A DNA stretch of 64,000 nt from Gammaproteobacteria bacterium (GTDB lineage: Bacteria > Actinomycetota > Acidimicrobiia > Acidimicrobiales > Ilumatobacteraceae), in assembly GCA_047638615.1 (NCBI GenBank), contig JBLIMF010000001.1:992-64991 (forward strand), in the 5' to 3' direction. Positions 35,701-46,008 of this stretch are shown piece by piece. Within the stretch, counting starts at the first letter, position 1; the number at the start of each line of letters is the position of its first letter. Under the pieces are notes generated by a model, which saw nothing but the letters and a program-made list of their open reading frames with translations, made no database searches and was not told the DNA's origin. The translations under genes and the position numbers were made by a program.

Positions 35701-36897
35701 ATGAACGAGGCCACGCCCACTCCGGACTTCGCCACGTATGCGTGGGCGCCGATCGACATCGTGAGTGGCGCGTTGCCGAACGTGCGCGTTGGCTGGGCTG
35801 ATGGGCTCGGTCTTGATTGCTACTCGCTGTGGCTCTTTGAGAATTCGCGGGCGATCGACCCGGTCACCCGAGAGAGCACGGTCGACCCGGCTGACCTCCC
35901 CGCGTCGTCGTTCCTCTCGGCCGCTCGGCGAACCGACGATGGGGCGCTTGAGCTGACATGGGCCGATGGTCTCCAGTCGGTCGTCCACCCAGGATGGTTG
36001 CGCTCGATTGCTGCGCGGCGGCATCGGCCTGAAGCGACCCCCGGTCCGCTGACACGCTGGACAACCGGCACGCTCGACGAACCTCCGTCCTTCGATGGCG
36101 TATCGGTGCTCGACGACATCGTGGTGTTCGGCGACTGGCTGCGAGCAATGCACACCTACGGCTTCGCCAGGCTCCGAAACACTCCGGCTGATCGGTTGTT
36201 TCTCGAAACGCTGATCAAGCGAATCGGCCCGATCCGTGGATCGAACTTTGGCAACATCTTCACGGTCGAGGCACGTTTCGATGCCGATTCGACGGCGAAC
36301 ACGGGTCTGAATCTCGGCCAACACGCCGACCTCCCGACGCGTGAAACGCCGCCCGGCTTCCAGTTCCTGCATTGTGTCGAGAACACGGTCGCCGGTGGAG
36401 CCTCGAGAATGACCGATGGGCTCGCGGTTGTTGCTGAACTTGAGGCGAATCACCCCGCCGAGTACGAGGCACTGACCACCTTGAATTGGGTGTTCGCCAA
36501 CCGGGCGCTGGACGGCGATCACCGTTGGACCGGCCCGGTCATCGACCATGGTCAGCTGGGCGCGCAGCTGACCATGCGCGCGTTCTATCCGGTCCGGCTC
36601 GCCCCAGACATGCCGACTGTCGACGTACCACGTGCGTACGACGCGATGCGCGTCTTCGCCAGCGTTGCTCACGACGAGCGACTGATGCTGCGCTCCCGTT
36701 TTGAGCCAGGCGACATCATCGGATTCGACAACCGACGAATGCTGCACGGCCGCGACGCGTTCGATCCGGGCGCCGGCTCGCGAGTCCTCACCGGCTGCTA
36801 TGTCGACCGTGACGATCTGCTCTCGCGTCTACGCGTACTTGATCGTGACACCCCGAACCCCTCAACCACTCGGTCCCTCGAGCCCTCGAACCCCTGA
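35701..36897 (+). CDS. TauD/TfdA-family 2-oxoglutarate dioxygenase, gamma-butyrobetaine hydroxylase-like
   Basis: N-terminal DUF971-like region, facial-triad 'HAD' and 'FDNRRMLHGR', 'PGFQFLHC'. Carnitine-gene context. Confidence 0.8.
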   Translation: MNEATPTPDFATYAWAPIDIVSGALPNVRVGWADGLGLDCYSLWLFENSRAIDPVTRESTVDPADLPASSFLSAARRTDDGALELTWADGLQSVVHPGWLRSIAARRHRPEATPGPLTRWTTGTLDEPPSFDGVSVLDDIVVFGDWLRAMHTYGFARLRNTPADRLFLETLIKRIGPIRGSNFGNIFTVEARFDADSTANTGLNLGQHADLPTRETPPGFQFLHCVENTVAGGASRMTDGLAVVAELEANHPAEYEALTTLNWVFANRALDGDHRWTGPVIDHGQLGAQLTMRAFYPVRLAPDMPTVDVPRAYDAMRVFASVAHDERLMLRSRFEPGDIIGFDNRRMLHGRDAFDPGAGSRVLTGCYVDRDDLLSRLRVLDRDTPNPSTTRSLEPSNP

Positions 36898-36912
36898 TCA
36901 GAAGGAAACCTC

Positions 36913-37803
36913 ATGAGTTCTGTCTTCATCACCTGCGCCGTCACCGGCAGCGGTGACACCGTCGGCAAGTCCGACAAGGTGCCGTACACCCCCGAAGCAA
37001 TCGCCAACGACTGCATCGCGGCAGCCAAAGCAGGTGCCGCCGTCGTGCACATCCACGTCCGCGATCCCGAGACCGGCGCGCCGTCGCGCGACGTCGATTA
37101 CTACGCCGAAGTAGTCGATCGCATCCGAGCCTCCGATGTCGACCCGGTGATCAACCTCACCGCCGGCATGGGTGGCGACGTCACCTTTGGTTCTGTCGAA
37201 AGCCCGCTGCCACTTGCCGAGGCCGGCACCGACATGGTGGGGGCGTCCGAACGACTCGACCACGTCCGAAAAATCCTCCCCGAGATCTGCACCATCGACT
37301 GTGGCTCGATGAACTTCGGCGCGGGCGACTACGTCATGACGAACACCCCATCGATTCTCGCCGAAATGGCCCGTCAGGTCCAGGAGCTCGGTGTGCGTCC
37401 GGAGATCGAAGTGTTCGACACCGGCCACCTGTGGCAGGCAAAGTCGCTCGTCGACCAGGGACTCATCGCTGATCCGGTCATGGTGCAGTTATGCATGGGG
37501 ATCCCGTGGGGTGCGCCGCCGGATTTAAACACCTTCATGGCGATGATCAACAACATCCCCGACAGCTGGACGTTCAGCGCGTTCTCGATCGGGCGCAAGC
37601 AGCTCGAATACGTGGCGCTTGCTGCGATTGCCGGTGGCAACGTCCGCGTCGGCCTCGAAGACAACCTGTACCTCGACCGGGGTCAGTTGGCAACGAACCG
37701 TGACCTCGTCGAACGAGCCGTCGACATCCTGAGCGGCATGAACTTCGACATCATGACGTCGGCAGAGGTTCGCGAGAAAATGCAGCTCATCCGTCATGGT
37801 TGA
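36913..37803 (+). CDS. Beta-keto acid cleavage enzyme (BKACE), 3-dehydrocarnitine cleavage CdhC-like
   Basis: 'ITCAVTG', 'HIHVRDP', 'NLTAGMGGD', 'RVGLEDN'. Confidence 0.85.
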   Translation: MSSVFITCAVTGSGDTVGKSDKVPYTPEAIANDCIAAAKAGAAVVHIHVRDPETGAPSRDVDYYAEVVDRIRASDVDPVINLTAGMGGDVTFGSVESPLPLAEAGTDMVGASERLDHVRKILPEICTIDCGSMNFGAGDYVMTNTPSILAEMARQVQELGVRPEIEVFDTGHLWQAKSLVDQGLIADPVMVQLCMGIPWGAPPDLNTFMAMINNIPDSWTFSAFSIGRKQLEYVALAAIAGGNVRVGLEDNLYLDRGQLATNRDLVERAVDILSGMNFDIMTSAEVREKMQLIRHG

Positions 37804-38773
37804 GCTGCCACAGCGCGGCGCCGTCGTCGGATGTGGTGTGATCGGTGCTGCTTGGGCGGCTCGAATGCGGATGCGCGGCATCGACGTTGCGGCATACGAC
37901 CCGTCGCCCAATGCTTCGGAAATCTTGGCCGACGTGCTTACCGACGCCGTCTCGGCGTGGGACGCACTTGGTCTGTCGACGGACAACATTGGCTCGTTGA
38001 CGCTGTGCGGGTCGATCGAAGCAGCCGTCGACGGCGCCGGGCTGATCCAGGAAAGTGTCCCAGAGCGGCTGGATATCAAGCACTCGACGCTTGCGGCCAT
38101 CGATGCTGCAGCGCCGACGGACGCGATCATTGCCTCCTCGACCTCGGGGTACAAGCCGACGGACCTTGCAACATCGATGACCCGCCCGGAACGGCTCGTG
38201 GTGGCGCATCCGTTCAACCCGGTGTACCTGCTGCCGCTTGTCGAGATTGTCGGTGGCGCGCAGACATCGCTTGGAACGATCGACCGTGCGATGGACACCT
38301 ATCGAGCGCTCGGCATGCACCCGCTGCATGTGCGCAAAGAGATCGATGCCTTTATTGCCGATCGTCTCCTCGAGGCCGTTTGGCGTGAAGCACTGTGGCT
38401 GGTGAACGATGGCATTGCAACCACCGAGGAGATCGACGACGCAATCCGCTACGGCTTCGGCCTTCGGTGGGCGCAGATGGGCACGTTTGAGACCTATCGG
38501 ATCGCCGGGGGTGAGGGCGGCATGCGCCACTTCTTGGAGCAGTTCGGGCCGGCGCTCAAATGGCCGTGGACCAAGCTGATGGACACACCGGAGCTGACCG
38601 ACGAACTGATCGACACGATTGCCGAGCAATCCGACGAGCAAGCAGCAGGCAGTTCGATCCGAGACCTTACGCAAAAGCGCGACCGGAACCTCGTCGCAAT
38701 TTTGCGGGCGCTTGAAGGTGTCGACGCCGGTGCCGGCCAGACCATCGCCAACCTCCGAGCGCTCCAGGCCTAA
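37796..38773 (+). CDS. L-carnitine dehydrogenase (3-hydroxyacyl-CoA dehydrogenase family)
   Basis: 'GCGVIGAAWAAR', 'QESVPE', 'SSTSG', 'HPFNPVYLLPLVE', 'ADRLLEAVWREALW', 'QFGPALKWPWTKL'. Confidence 0.85.
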   Translation: MVELPQRGAVVGCGVIGAAWAARMRMRGIDVAAYDPSPNASEILADVLTDAVSAWDALGLSTDNIGSLTLCGSIEAAVDGAGLIQESVPERLDIKHSTLAAIDAAAPTDAIIASSTSGYKPTDLATSMTRPERLVVAHPFNPVYLLPLVEIVGGAQTSLGTIDRAMDTYRALGMHPLHVRKEIDAFIADRLLEAVWREALWLVNDGIATTEEIDDAIRYGFGLRWAQMGTFETYRIAGGEGGMRHFLEQFGPALKWPWTKLMDTPELTDELIDTIAEQSDEQAAGSSIRDLTQKRDRNLVAILRALEGVDAGAGQTIANLRALQA

Positions 38774-38841
38774 TCACGTTTCCGTCGAAGTTTTTGTTGG
38801 CCAGTCCGCAGGAATCTGGACGCAAACGGGAGAATGTCAGC

Positions 38842-39003
38842 ATGTTCGGGATCTTGCTGACGACGACCTTGACACCCGTTGAGGACAACGGATTTGCGTG
38901 GCCGGTCCTGATCGTCGGCGGGCTGATCATCCTGGCCGGTTTGGTTGCGACCCGGAGCGAGTTTCGTAACTGGCGTCGACGTCGAGCGGACCGGGAACGA
39001 TGA
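38842..39003 (+). CDS. Small single-TM protein (53 aa)
   Basis: TM 'FAWPVLIVGGLIILAGLVA' followed by an Arg-rich tail. ATG lies 6 nt after GAGAAT. Confidence 0.45.
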   Translation: MFGILLTTTLTPVEDNGFAWPVLIVGGLIILAGLVATRSEFRNWRRRRADRER

Positions 39004-39016
39004 TGAGCAGGAGAAA

Positions 39017-39394
<378 letters not shown>

Positions 39395-39404
39395 TCAAAG
39401 AGCG

Positions 39405-40631
39405 TTAGCCGCTGTACGCCGACTCGGCGTGCTGGCTCTGGTCGAGACCTTGGTATTCAGCATCTTCGTCGACGCGTAGCCCCATCGTTGCATCGATCGT
39501 TTTGGCGAGGGCATACGTGACCACGAAGGAGAAGACACCAACCACAAGTGCCGCGACGAATTGATCTTTCAGTAGCTCGAGACCGCCGCCGTAGAAAAGG
39601 CCTTCCGAACTGTCTTCGGCAATCACTGGGTTAACGGTCGCATCGGCGAACAGGCCAAGGAGCAGCGTGCCGACAATGCCACCAATCAGGTGTACTGCAA
39701 TAACGTCCAGGCTGTCGTCCCAGTTCATTTTCTCCTTGACGGTCAGCGCGAGGAAGCACAACATTCCGGCGAGGAAGCCGATGATCAACGGCGATGCACC
39801 CCCGACGAAACCAGCGCATGGGGTGATGGCGACAAGGCCGGCAACCGCACCGGAGCAGGCACCGAGCACGGTGGCTTGGCCGCCCTTCAACCGCTCAACG
39901 AGGAGCCAGCCGAGCATGCCGGTCGAGGCAGCGAGATGGGTGTTGACGAGGGCCTGGGCTGCGAGGCCGTCGGCGCCGAGGCCGGAACCGGCGTTGAATC
40001 CAAACCAGCCGAACCACAAGATCCCGGTACCGAGCACCGTGAGCGGAAGGTTGTGCGGTGGCATTGGCACGTCGCCGTGGCCTTTGCGATTGCCAATGAC
40101 GAGGATGACGGCAAGCGCAGCAACACCAGCGCTGATGTGGATGGCGGTGCCACCAGCGAAGTCGAGTGCCCCCATCTCGAGGAGCCAGCCGTTGAACACC
40201 CACTTGGCCCCAGGGATGTAGACGAGCAACGACCAGAACCCGATGAGTACGGCATACGAACCAAATTTCAACCGGTCGGCTGTTGCGCCGGTGATCAGTG
40301 CCGGGGTGATGACGGCGAACATCATTTGAAAGGCAACGAACGCCATGCCGGGAATGTCTCCATCGAGATCGGTCACGTCGGCGAGGAAAAGAAAGTCGAA
40401 GTTGCCAATCCAACCGTTGCCGCTGTCACCGAAGACGAGTGAGAAGCCGACGATTGCCCAAATGGTCGACACTAAGCCGATGGCGAAAATGCTCTGCATC
40501 AACATGCCGAGCACGTTCTTCGAACGCACCATGCCGCCGTAGAAGAAAGCCAAACCTGGCGTCATGAAAAGTACGAGAGCTGCTGAAATCAGCACCCATG
40601 CGGTATTTCCGGAGTCCATTGCGAGCAGCAT
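39405..40631 (-). CDS. amtB: Ammonium transporter (AmtB-like)
   Basis: 'FMTPGLAFFYGG', 'FQMMFA', 'DFAGGTAIH', 'WFGWFGFNAGS', 'DDSLDVIAVH'. Confidence 0.95.
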   Translation of the reverse strand: MLLAMDSGNTAWVLISAALVLFMTPGLAFFYGGMVRSKNVLGMLMQSIFAIGLVSTIWAIVGFSLVFGDSGNGWIGNFDFLFLADVTDLDGDIPGMAFVAFQMMFAVITPALITGATADRLKFGSYAVLIGFWSLLVYIPGAKWVFNGWLLEMGALDFAGGTAIHISAGVAALAVILVIGNRKGHGDVPMPPHNLPLTVLGTGILWFGWFGFNAGSGLGADGLAAQALVNTHLAASTGMLGWLLVERLKGGQATVLGACSGAVAGLVAITPCAGFVGGASPLIIGFLAGMLCFLALTVKEKMNWDDSLDVIAVHLIGGIVGTLLLGLFADATVNPVIAEDSSEGLFYGGGLELLKDQFVAALVVGVFSFVVTYALAKTIDATMGLRVDEDAEYQGLDQSQHAESAYSG

Positions 40632-40662
40632 GGAAGCGGACCGTAGGTACTACCTGTGACGT

Positions 40663-40700
40663 GTGAGCGTGCGGAAACCTGATGTTCACAATTCGGAAAC
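40663..40700 (+). promoter_or_regulatory. Tandem GlnR binding boxes upstream of amtB
   Basis: GTGAG-n6-GAAAC-n6-TTCAC-n6-GAAAC matches the gTnAc-n6-GaAAc-n6 repeat of actinobacterial GlnR. Confidence 0.7.
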
Positions 40701-40752
40701 AGAGGGACTTGGGATGCAGGTTGAGGGAGCGCTTGGGCGCAGGTCGGTCTGT

Positions 40753-40865
40753 AGCCCGAACTTCGTTTGCCCGAAAACGAAACGATCCCCGTGTCGACAT
40801 CTCGAGGACGAGATGCGACACGGGGAGTCGTCCGAGCGAATCGCATCATTGCGGTTCGCTGGGCT
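40753..40865. other. Multi-hairpin intergenic structure (terminator, REP or ncRNA)
   Basis: Hairpins at 40762-40781, 40786-40826 and 40835-40860, enclosed by AGCCC/GGGCT. Confidence 0.5.
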
Positions 40866-40888
40866 GTCTCCTGAGAGCGCGGCCGGAA

Positions 40889-41251
<363 letters not shown>

Positions 41252-41257
41252 TCAGGT

Positions 41258-42634
41258 TCAGGCGTAGGACGGGTCGTTGTTGTAGCCGGCCATACCGTGC
41301 TCGGGAATGTCAAGGCCACCGACCTCTTCTTCTTCGCTCACTCGGAGGCCGATCGTGGCCTTCAGTGCGGAAAAGACGATGAGGCTGGCGATGCCGACCC
41401 AGGCGATGATGATGATCACCATGAGGAACTGCACGGCGAGCTGCTCGAAGCCGCCGCCGTACAGCAGGCCGGCGTCTTCTCGTCCGAGGAAAGCGTCGTC
41501 GTAGCGGGCGAAGATGCCGATTGACAGCACGCCCCACATGCCGACCACACCGTGGACGCTGATGGCACCGACCGGATCGTCGATCTGGATCTTGTCGAAG
41601 AACTGCACAGCGAGGACCACGATGAGGCCGCCGATGGCACCGATGACGATCGACATGACCGGTGTGGCGGTGCCACACGGACCGGTGATGGCGACGAGCC
41701 CGGCGAGGACGCCGTTACCGATGAAGGCAACGTCGGGTTTGCCCGTTTTGATCCAGACAAATGCTGTGGTGGCGAGGCCACCGGCGGCAGCGGCGAGGAT
41801 CGTGTTGAGTGCTATTCCAGTGACCAGATTGTCGGCAGCGAGCTCGGAGCCGGGGTTGAAGCCGAACCAGCCGAGCCAGAGGATGAACACACCGAGGATG
41901 GCGAACGGAATGTTGTGGCCGGGGATTGCCCGGGCCGTGCCGTCTTCGGCGAACTTGCCTTTGCGGGCACCGACGAGCTTGGCGCCGACGAGTGCAGCGA
42001 CACCTCCGGTCATGTGCACGACACCGGAGCCTGCGAAGTCGGAGTACACGGCGTCACCGATTGAGAGGCCAGCGATAAAGCCGCCGCCCCAGGTCATGTG
42101 GACGACCACTGGGTAGATAATGCCGCACATGAACACACTGAAGATGAGGTAGGCAGTGAACTTCGTACGTTCGGCCATTGCACCGGAGCAGATCGTCACG
42201 GCTGTTGCGGCGAACACTGCCTGGAAGAAGAAGAACGTTCCGTGCGACAGGTTGATCACCCCGCTTCCGCCGAGAGCGTTGATGTCGAGGTCGTTCATGA
42301 AGAACCACCCACCGCCGGTGCCGAAGAGGTCATTGCCGCCGCTGAAAGCGAAGGCGTAGCCGGTTGCGAAGAAGGCAAGGATGCCGATGATCGCGTCAGC
42401 CATGTTCTTGGCAAAGATGTTCACCACGTTCTTCGCTCGTGTCAGGCCAGCCTCGACGAGTGCGAAACCCGCCTGCATAAAGAAGACAAGACAACCAGCG
42501 ATGAAGACCCAGATGTTGTCGAGGACCGCTTGGACCTCTGACGCTTCCTGAGCAATGACGGTTCCGGGCATGAGGGCCACAAGGGCGACAACGCCGCCAA
42601 GGCCAGAGATGATTCGAAGCGCACGATTGTGCAC
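41258..42634 (-). CDS. amt: Ammonium transporter (second, distinct Amt lineage) with signal peptide
   Basis: 'FFMQAGFALVEAG', 'SGAMAERT', 'DFAGSGVVHMTGG', 'DDPVGAISVHG'. GTG start preceded by GGAGGA. Confidence 0.93.
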   Translation of the reverse strand: MHNRALRIISGLGGVVALVALMPGTVIAQEASEVQAVLDNIWVFIAGCLVFFMQAGFALVEAGLTRAKNVVNIFAKNMADAIIGILAFFATGYAFAFSGGNDLFGTGGGWFFMNDLDINALGGSGVINLSHGTFFFFQAVFAATAVTICSGAMAERTKFTAYLIFSVFMCGIIYPVVVHMTWGGGFIAGLSIGDAVYSDFAGSGVVHMTGGVAALVGAKLVGARKGKFAEDGTARAIPGHNIPFAILGVFILWLGWFGFNPGSELAADNLVTGIALNTILAAAAGGLATTAFVWIKTGKPDVAFIGNGVLAGLVAITGPCGTATPVMSIVIGAIGGLIVVLAVQFFDKIQIDDPVGAISVHGVVGMWGVLSIGIFARYDDAFLGREDAGLLYGGGFEQLAVQFLMVIIIIAWVGIASLIVFSALKATIGLRVSEEEEVGGLDIPEHGMAGYNNDPSYA

Positions 42635-42756
42635 GGGGTCCTCCAAAAAGGATCGGGGATAAGGGAAGGTTTACTTGGAGAATCCAGTGGCGCCGTTGCC
42701 GTCCGGATTGCGAAGCGCAAGTTACGGACAGTCCATGTCGCGCGTGTCGCGGCTTT

Positions 42757-42772
42757 GTTTCGTCTTCGTGAA
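42757..42772 (-). promoter_or_regulatory. GlnR box upstream of second amt
   Basis: Minus strand TTCAC-GAAGAC-GAAAC has the same a/b half-sites as 40685-40700. Confidence 0.55.
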
Positions 42773-43145
42773 CTGTCGTTGCTGGTGTCGACGGGCGTGC
42801 CAAAGAGCATCACGAAAACGTGCTGACAGTTGCCCACAGGGCGCATCGACGTTGTTCACCCGTGCGGGTTCGGAGGCCTGACCGGCGTGCCTGGTCAGCC
42901 TCCCACCCCCAGTGGGGGACCAGTTTTCTCGAGGGGGTTGAGGCACTGGTTGAGCTGAGGGTGGAACGACTGCGTATCTCACGGTAGAGGTGCGGTGTTG
43001 CGCGTGTGTGCGCTTAAGGTAAACGAGCTGTGAACACCCAGCATCGAATAAAGACTGAATCGATGCAGCCCCGTGGTGAGCCAGCGACGAGTGCCACACG
43101 CTCCAGATTCGGGGCAGCGTCGGTGCAGCGGCAAGGATGTTGTGT

Positions 43146-44405
43146 ATGAATCTGACGTACCCAAACGAAGCCGAAGACTTCCGCACCGAAATTAAGGCGT
43201 GGCTTGTCGAGAACCTGCCCGACGGATGGTTTGACGATGGTTTCGAAATGTCGACAGATGAGCGCGCGATTTTTAATGCCGAGTGGCCAACAAGGCTGTT
43301 CGAAGGTGGTTGGATCTGCGCCACTTGGCCTGCCGAGTACGGCGGCAAGGGTTTGACCACCATGCAGGGCGTTGCCCTGTCGGAAGAGTTCGCCAATGCG
43401 AAGGCCCCCATGCGTGGTGACTTCTTCGGTGACACGCTGGTCGGCCCGACGCTGCTCCAGTGGGGAACCGAAGAACAGAAGAAAGAGTTTCTGCCCGGGA
43501 TTCTGCAGGGTCGGACCCGCTGGTGTCAGGGTTTTTCGGAGCCCGACTCAGGTTCTGACTTGGCGTCGATCAAGACAACGGCTGAGCTCGACGGTGATGA
43601 GTGGGTCATCAACGGCCAGAAAGTCTGGACCACGCAGGGTCACCACGCCGACTACTGCTTCCTCCTGACGCGTACTGATCCAGAGGCGAAGAAGCACGCC
43701 GGGATTTCCTACATGCTTGTCCCGATGAACCAGCCGGGCGTCGAAGTCCGCGGCATCACCCAGCCCGACGGCACTGCGGAATTCTGTGAGGTCTTCTTCT
43801 CCGACGCACGTTGTGCCAAGGACGCCGTTGTCGGCGGAGTCAACAATGGCTGGAAGGTCGCGAACTCGACCCTCGGTTTCGAGCGCGGCCAGTCGGCTAC
43901 GACTGGTTTCCGTCGTTTTGCTGAGGAATTCCGGCTGCTCAAAGATGAGGCCATTGCGAACGGTGCGATCAACGATCCACACATTCGTCAGCGTCTCATG
44001 GAGTACTACAGCAAGATCGAGATCTTGCGTTTCAATGGCTTGCGGAACCTCACTGCGACGTTGAGCAAGAGCAGCGGTACCGGGGTGGTGGACATGGGAA
44101 CGATTGCGCTCGGAGCCACGAACAAGATGTTCTGGACCGAGATGCATCAGAACGCAATGGAACTGGCATTGGACATCTATGGCACCGATTCGCTGCTCAT
44201 CGACGCCGGACCCGAGGCTGGCGGATGGCCTGGTGCGTCGCGTGACAAGCGTCGAGACGGCTACCCGGTGAGCCCGATGATGTCGTCGTTCTTTTTCTCG
44301 CGTTCCGAGACCATCTGGGGTGGTACGAGCCAGATCCAGCGCAACATCGTTGGCGAACGCGTCCTCGGGCTTCCCAAAGAGCCAAAGCCCCCGACCGGCT
44401 CGTGA
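43146..44405 (+). CDS. Acyl-CoA dehydrogenase family protein
   Basis: 'WPAEYGG', 'CQGFSEPDSGSDLAS', 'NGQKVWTT', 'GGTSQIQRNIVGERVLGLP'. Confidence 0.92.
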   Translation: MNLTYPNEAEDFRTEIKAWLVENLPDGWFDDGFEMSTDERAIFNAEWPTRLFEGGWICATWPAEYGGKGLTTMQGVALSEEFANAKAPMRGDFFGDTLVGPTLLQWGTEEQKKEFLPGILQGRTRWCQGFSEPDSGSDLASIKTTAELDGDEWVINGQKVWTTQGHHADYCFLLTRTDPEAKKHAGISYMLVPMNQPGVEVRGITQPDGTAEFCEVFFSDARCAKDAVVGGVNNGWKVANSTLGFERGQSATTGFRRFAEEFRLLKDEAIANGAINDPHIRQRLMEYYSKIEILRFNGLRNLTATLSKSSGTGVVDMGTIALGATNKMFWTEMHQNAMELALDIYGTDSLLIDAGPEAGGWPGASRDKRRDGYPVSPMMSSFFFSRSETIWGGTSQIQRNIVGERVLGLPKEPKPPTGS

Positions 44406-44508
44406 GCGAGTGGGAGAGCGAGGGGAACGGGAAGTTCGTCAGCGCTCAACGATGACAAAACTGATGGTTGGGCTGTGATGTCCGCCCCATTGGCTACTGT
44501 CGTCACTC

Positions 44509-46008
44509 GTGGATGAACTGCTCGATGTTGATGGAACCCCTCGGCCAATTGCTGAGGAGTTGATGTCACGACTCGATGCGCTCGGCATCGACGAACTGCG
44601 CGAGCGCCAAGCCACCTCCGATCTCGAGATCCTCACGATGGGCATCACGTTCACCGTGTACTCCGACGGCGAGAACATCGATCGCGCGTGGCCGTTCGAC
44701 ATCATTCCGCGTTTGATCGCCGGGTCGGAGTGGGAAGAAGTCGAGGCTGGGCTTGCTCAGCGCCTCCGGGCCTTGAACATGTTCATCGACGACGTCTACA
44801 ACGACCGTAACATTGTCGCCGATGGTGTGTTCCCGTCCGATCTGCTCGACGATTCGGTCAATTATCGCCCCGAATGCCAGGGTTTCTCGCCGAAATTCGG
44901 TGTGTGGGCACACATTTCCGGGTCCGACCTCGTCCGGGCAGGCGACGGCGACTTCTACGTGCTCGAAGACAACCTTCGCGTTCCCTCGGGTGTCAGCTAC
45001 GTGCTGGAGAATCGCGGCGTCGCGAAGCGGACGTTCCCTGAACTGTTTGAACGGCAGCGGGTCCGACCGGTTGACGGGTACACGGACGAACTCAACAAAC
45101 TGCTGTGCTCGCTGGCCCCGGACGACATTGCCAATCCGACGATTGCGGTGCTCACCCCGGGCATTTTCAACTCGGCGTACTTCGAACACTCATTCCTTGC
45201 GCAGCGAATGGGTGCAGAACTCGTCGAGGGCGCTGATCTGACCGTTGGCGACGACGAGTGCGTGTACATGAAGACGATCCTGGGCTTGGAGCGTGTACAC
45301 GTCATCTATCGACGCATCGACGACCTCTTCATTGATCCTGAGGTCTTCTTCGAGGATTCGATGCTCGGAGTTCCCGGTTTGATGCGCGCATGGAAAGCGG
45401 GCAATGTCGGCATTGCCAACGCTCCGGGTGCTGGTGTTGCTGACGACAAGTGTGTGTACGCCTGGGTGCCTGACATGATCCGCTACTACCTCGACGAAGA
45501 GCCGCTGATCAAGAACGTGCCGACGTATCGCTGTATGTACGATGACGAGCGTGAGTATGTGCTTTCTCACCTCGACGAGTTGGTGCTGAAGCCCGCGAAC
45601 GAGAGTGGTGGCTACGGCATCCTGATTGGGGATCGGGCGACTTCGGACGAACTGCAGGCGGCGGCAGAAGCGATTCATGCCGATCCGCGAAACTGGGTCG
45701 CGCAGCCCATCCTCGAACTCTCGACCGCTCCAACGCTGGTGGACGAAGGAATCGAGCCGCGGCACCTCGACCTGCGGCCGTTTATCTTGACGGGCGCCGA
45801 CAGCTACGTCACTGCTGGCGGACTCACACGTGTTGCGCTCACGAAGGGGTCGTTGATCGTCAACTCCTCGCAGGGCGGTGGGAGCAAAGACACGTGGATT
45901 GTCGACGCGATACCCGGAGAGCTCACTCCTCTGCCGAGCTGGGAGCAGCCTGAACCCCAGGACCAAGACCCGGCGCAGAACCAAGGCCAGTCACAGGGAG
46001 CGAACTGA
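44509..46008 (+). CDS. Circularly permuted type 2 ATP-grasp protein
   Basis: 'GITFTVY', 'PFDIIPR', 'LEDNLRVPSGVSY', 'NSAYFEH', 'YRRIDD', 'GVADDK', 'LVLKP...GGYG', 'DLRP', 'GGLTRVAL', 'VNSSQGGGSKDTW'. Confidence 0.93.
   Translation: MDELLDVDGTPRPIAEELMSRLDALGIDELRERQATSDLEILTMGITFTVYSDGENIDRAWPFDIIPRLIAGSEWEEVEAGLAQRLRALNMFIDDVYNDRNIVADGVFPSDLLDDSVNYRPECQGFSPKFGVWAHISGSDLVRAGDGDFYVLEDNLRVPSGVSYVLENRGVAKRTFPELFERQRVRPVDGYTDELNKLLCSLAPDDIANPTIAVLTPGIFNSAYFEHSFLAQRMGAELVEGADLTVGDDECVYMKTILGLERVHVIYRRIDDLFIDPEVFFEDSMLGVPGLMRAWKAGNVGIANAPGAGVADDKCVYAWVPDMIRYYLDEEPLIKNVPTYRCMYDDEREYVLSHLDELVLKPANESGGYGILIGDRATSDELQAAAEAIHADPRNWVAQPILELSTAPTLVDEGIEPRHLDLRPFILTGADSYVTAGGLTRVALTKGSLIVNSSQGGGSKDTWIVDAIPGELTPLPSWEQPEPQDQDPAQNQGQSQGAN

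Noticed and set aside
44478-44516. 12-codon ORF MSAPLATVVTRG overlapping the ATP-grasp start, as a possible leader or precursor peptide
   Set aside because: There is no supporting RBS, and a TACTGT -10 element inside it points to leaderless initiation at GTG 44509.
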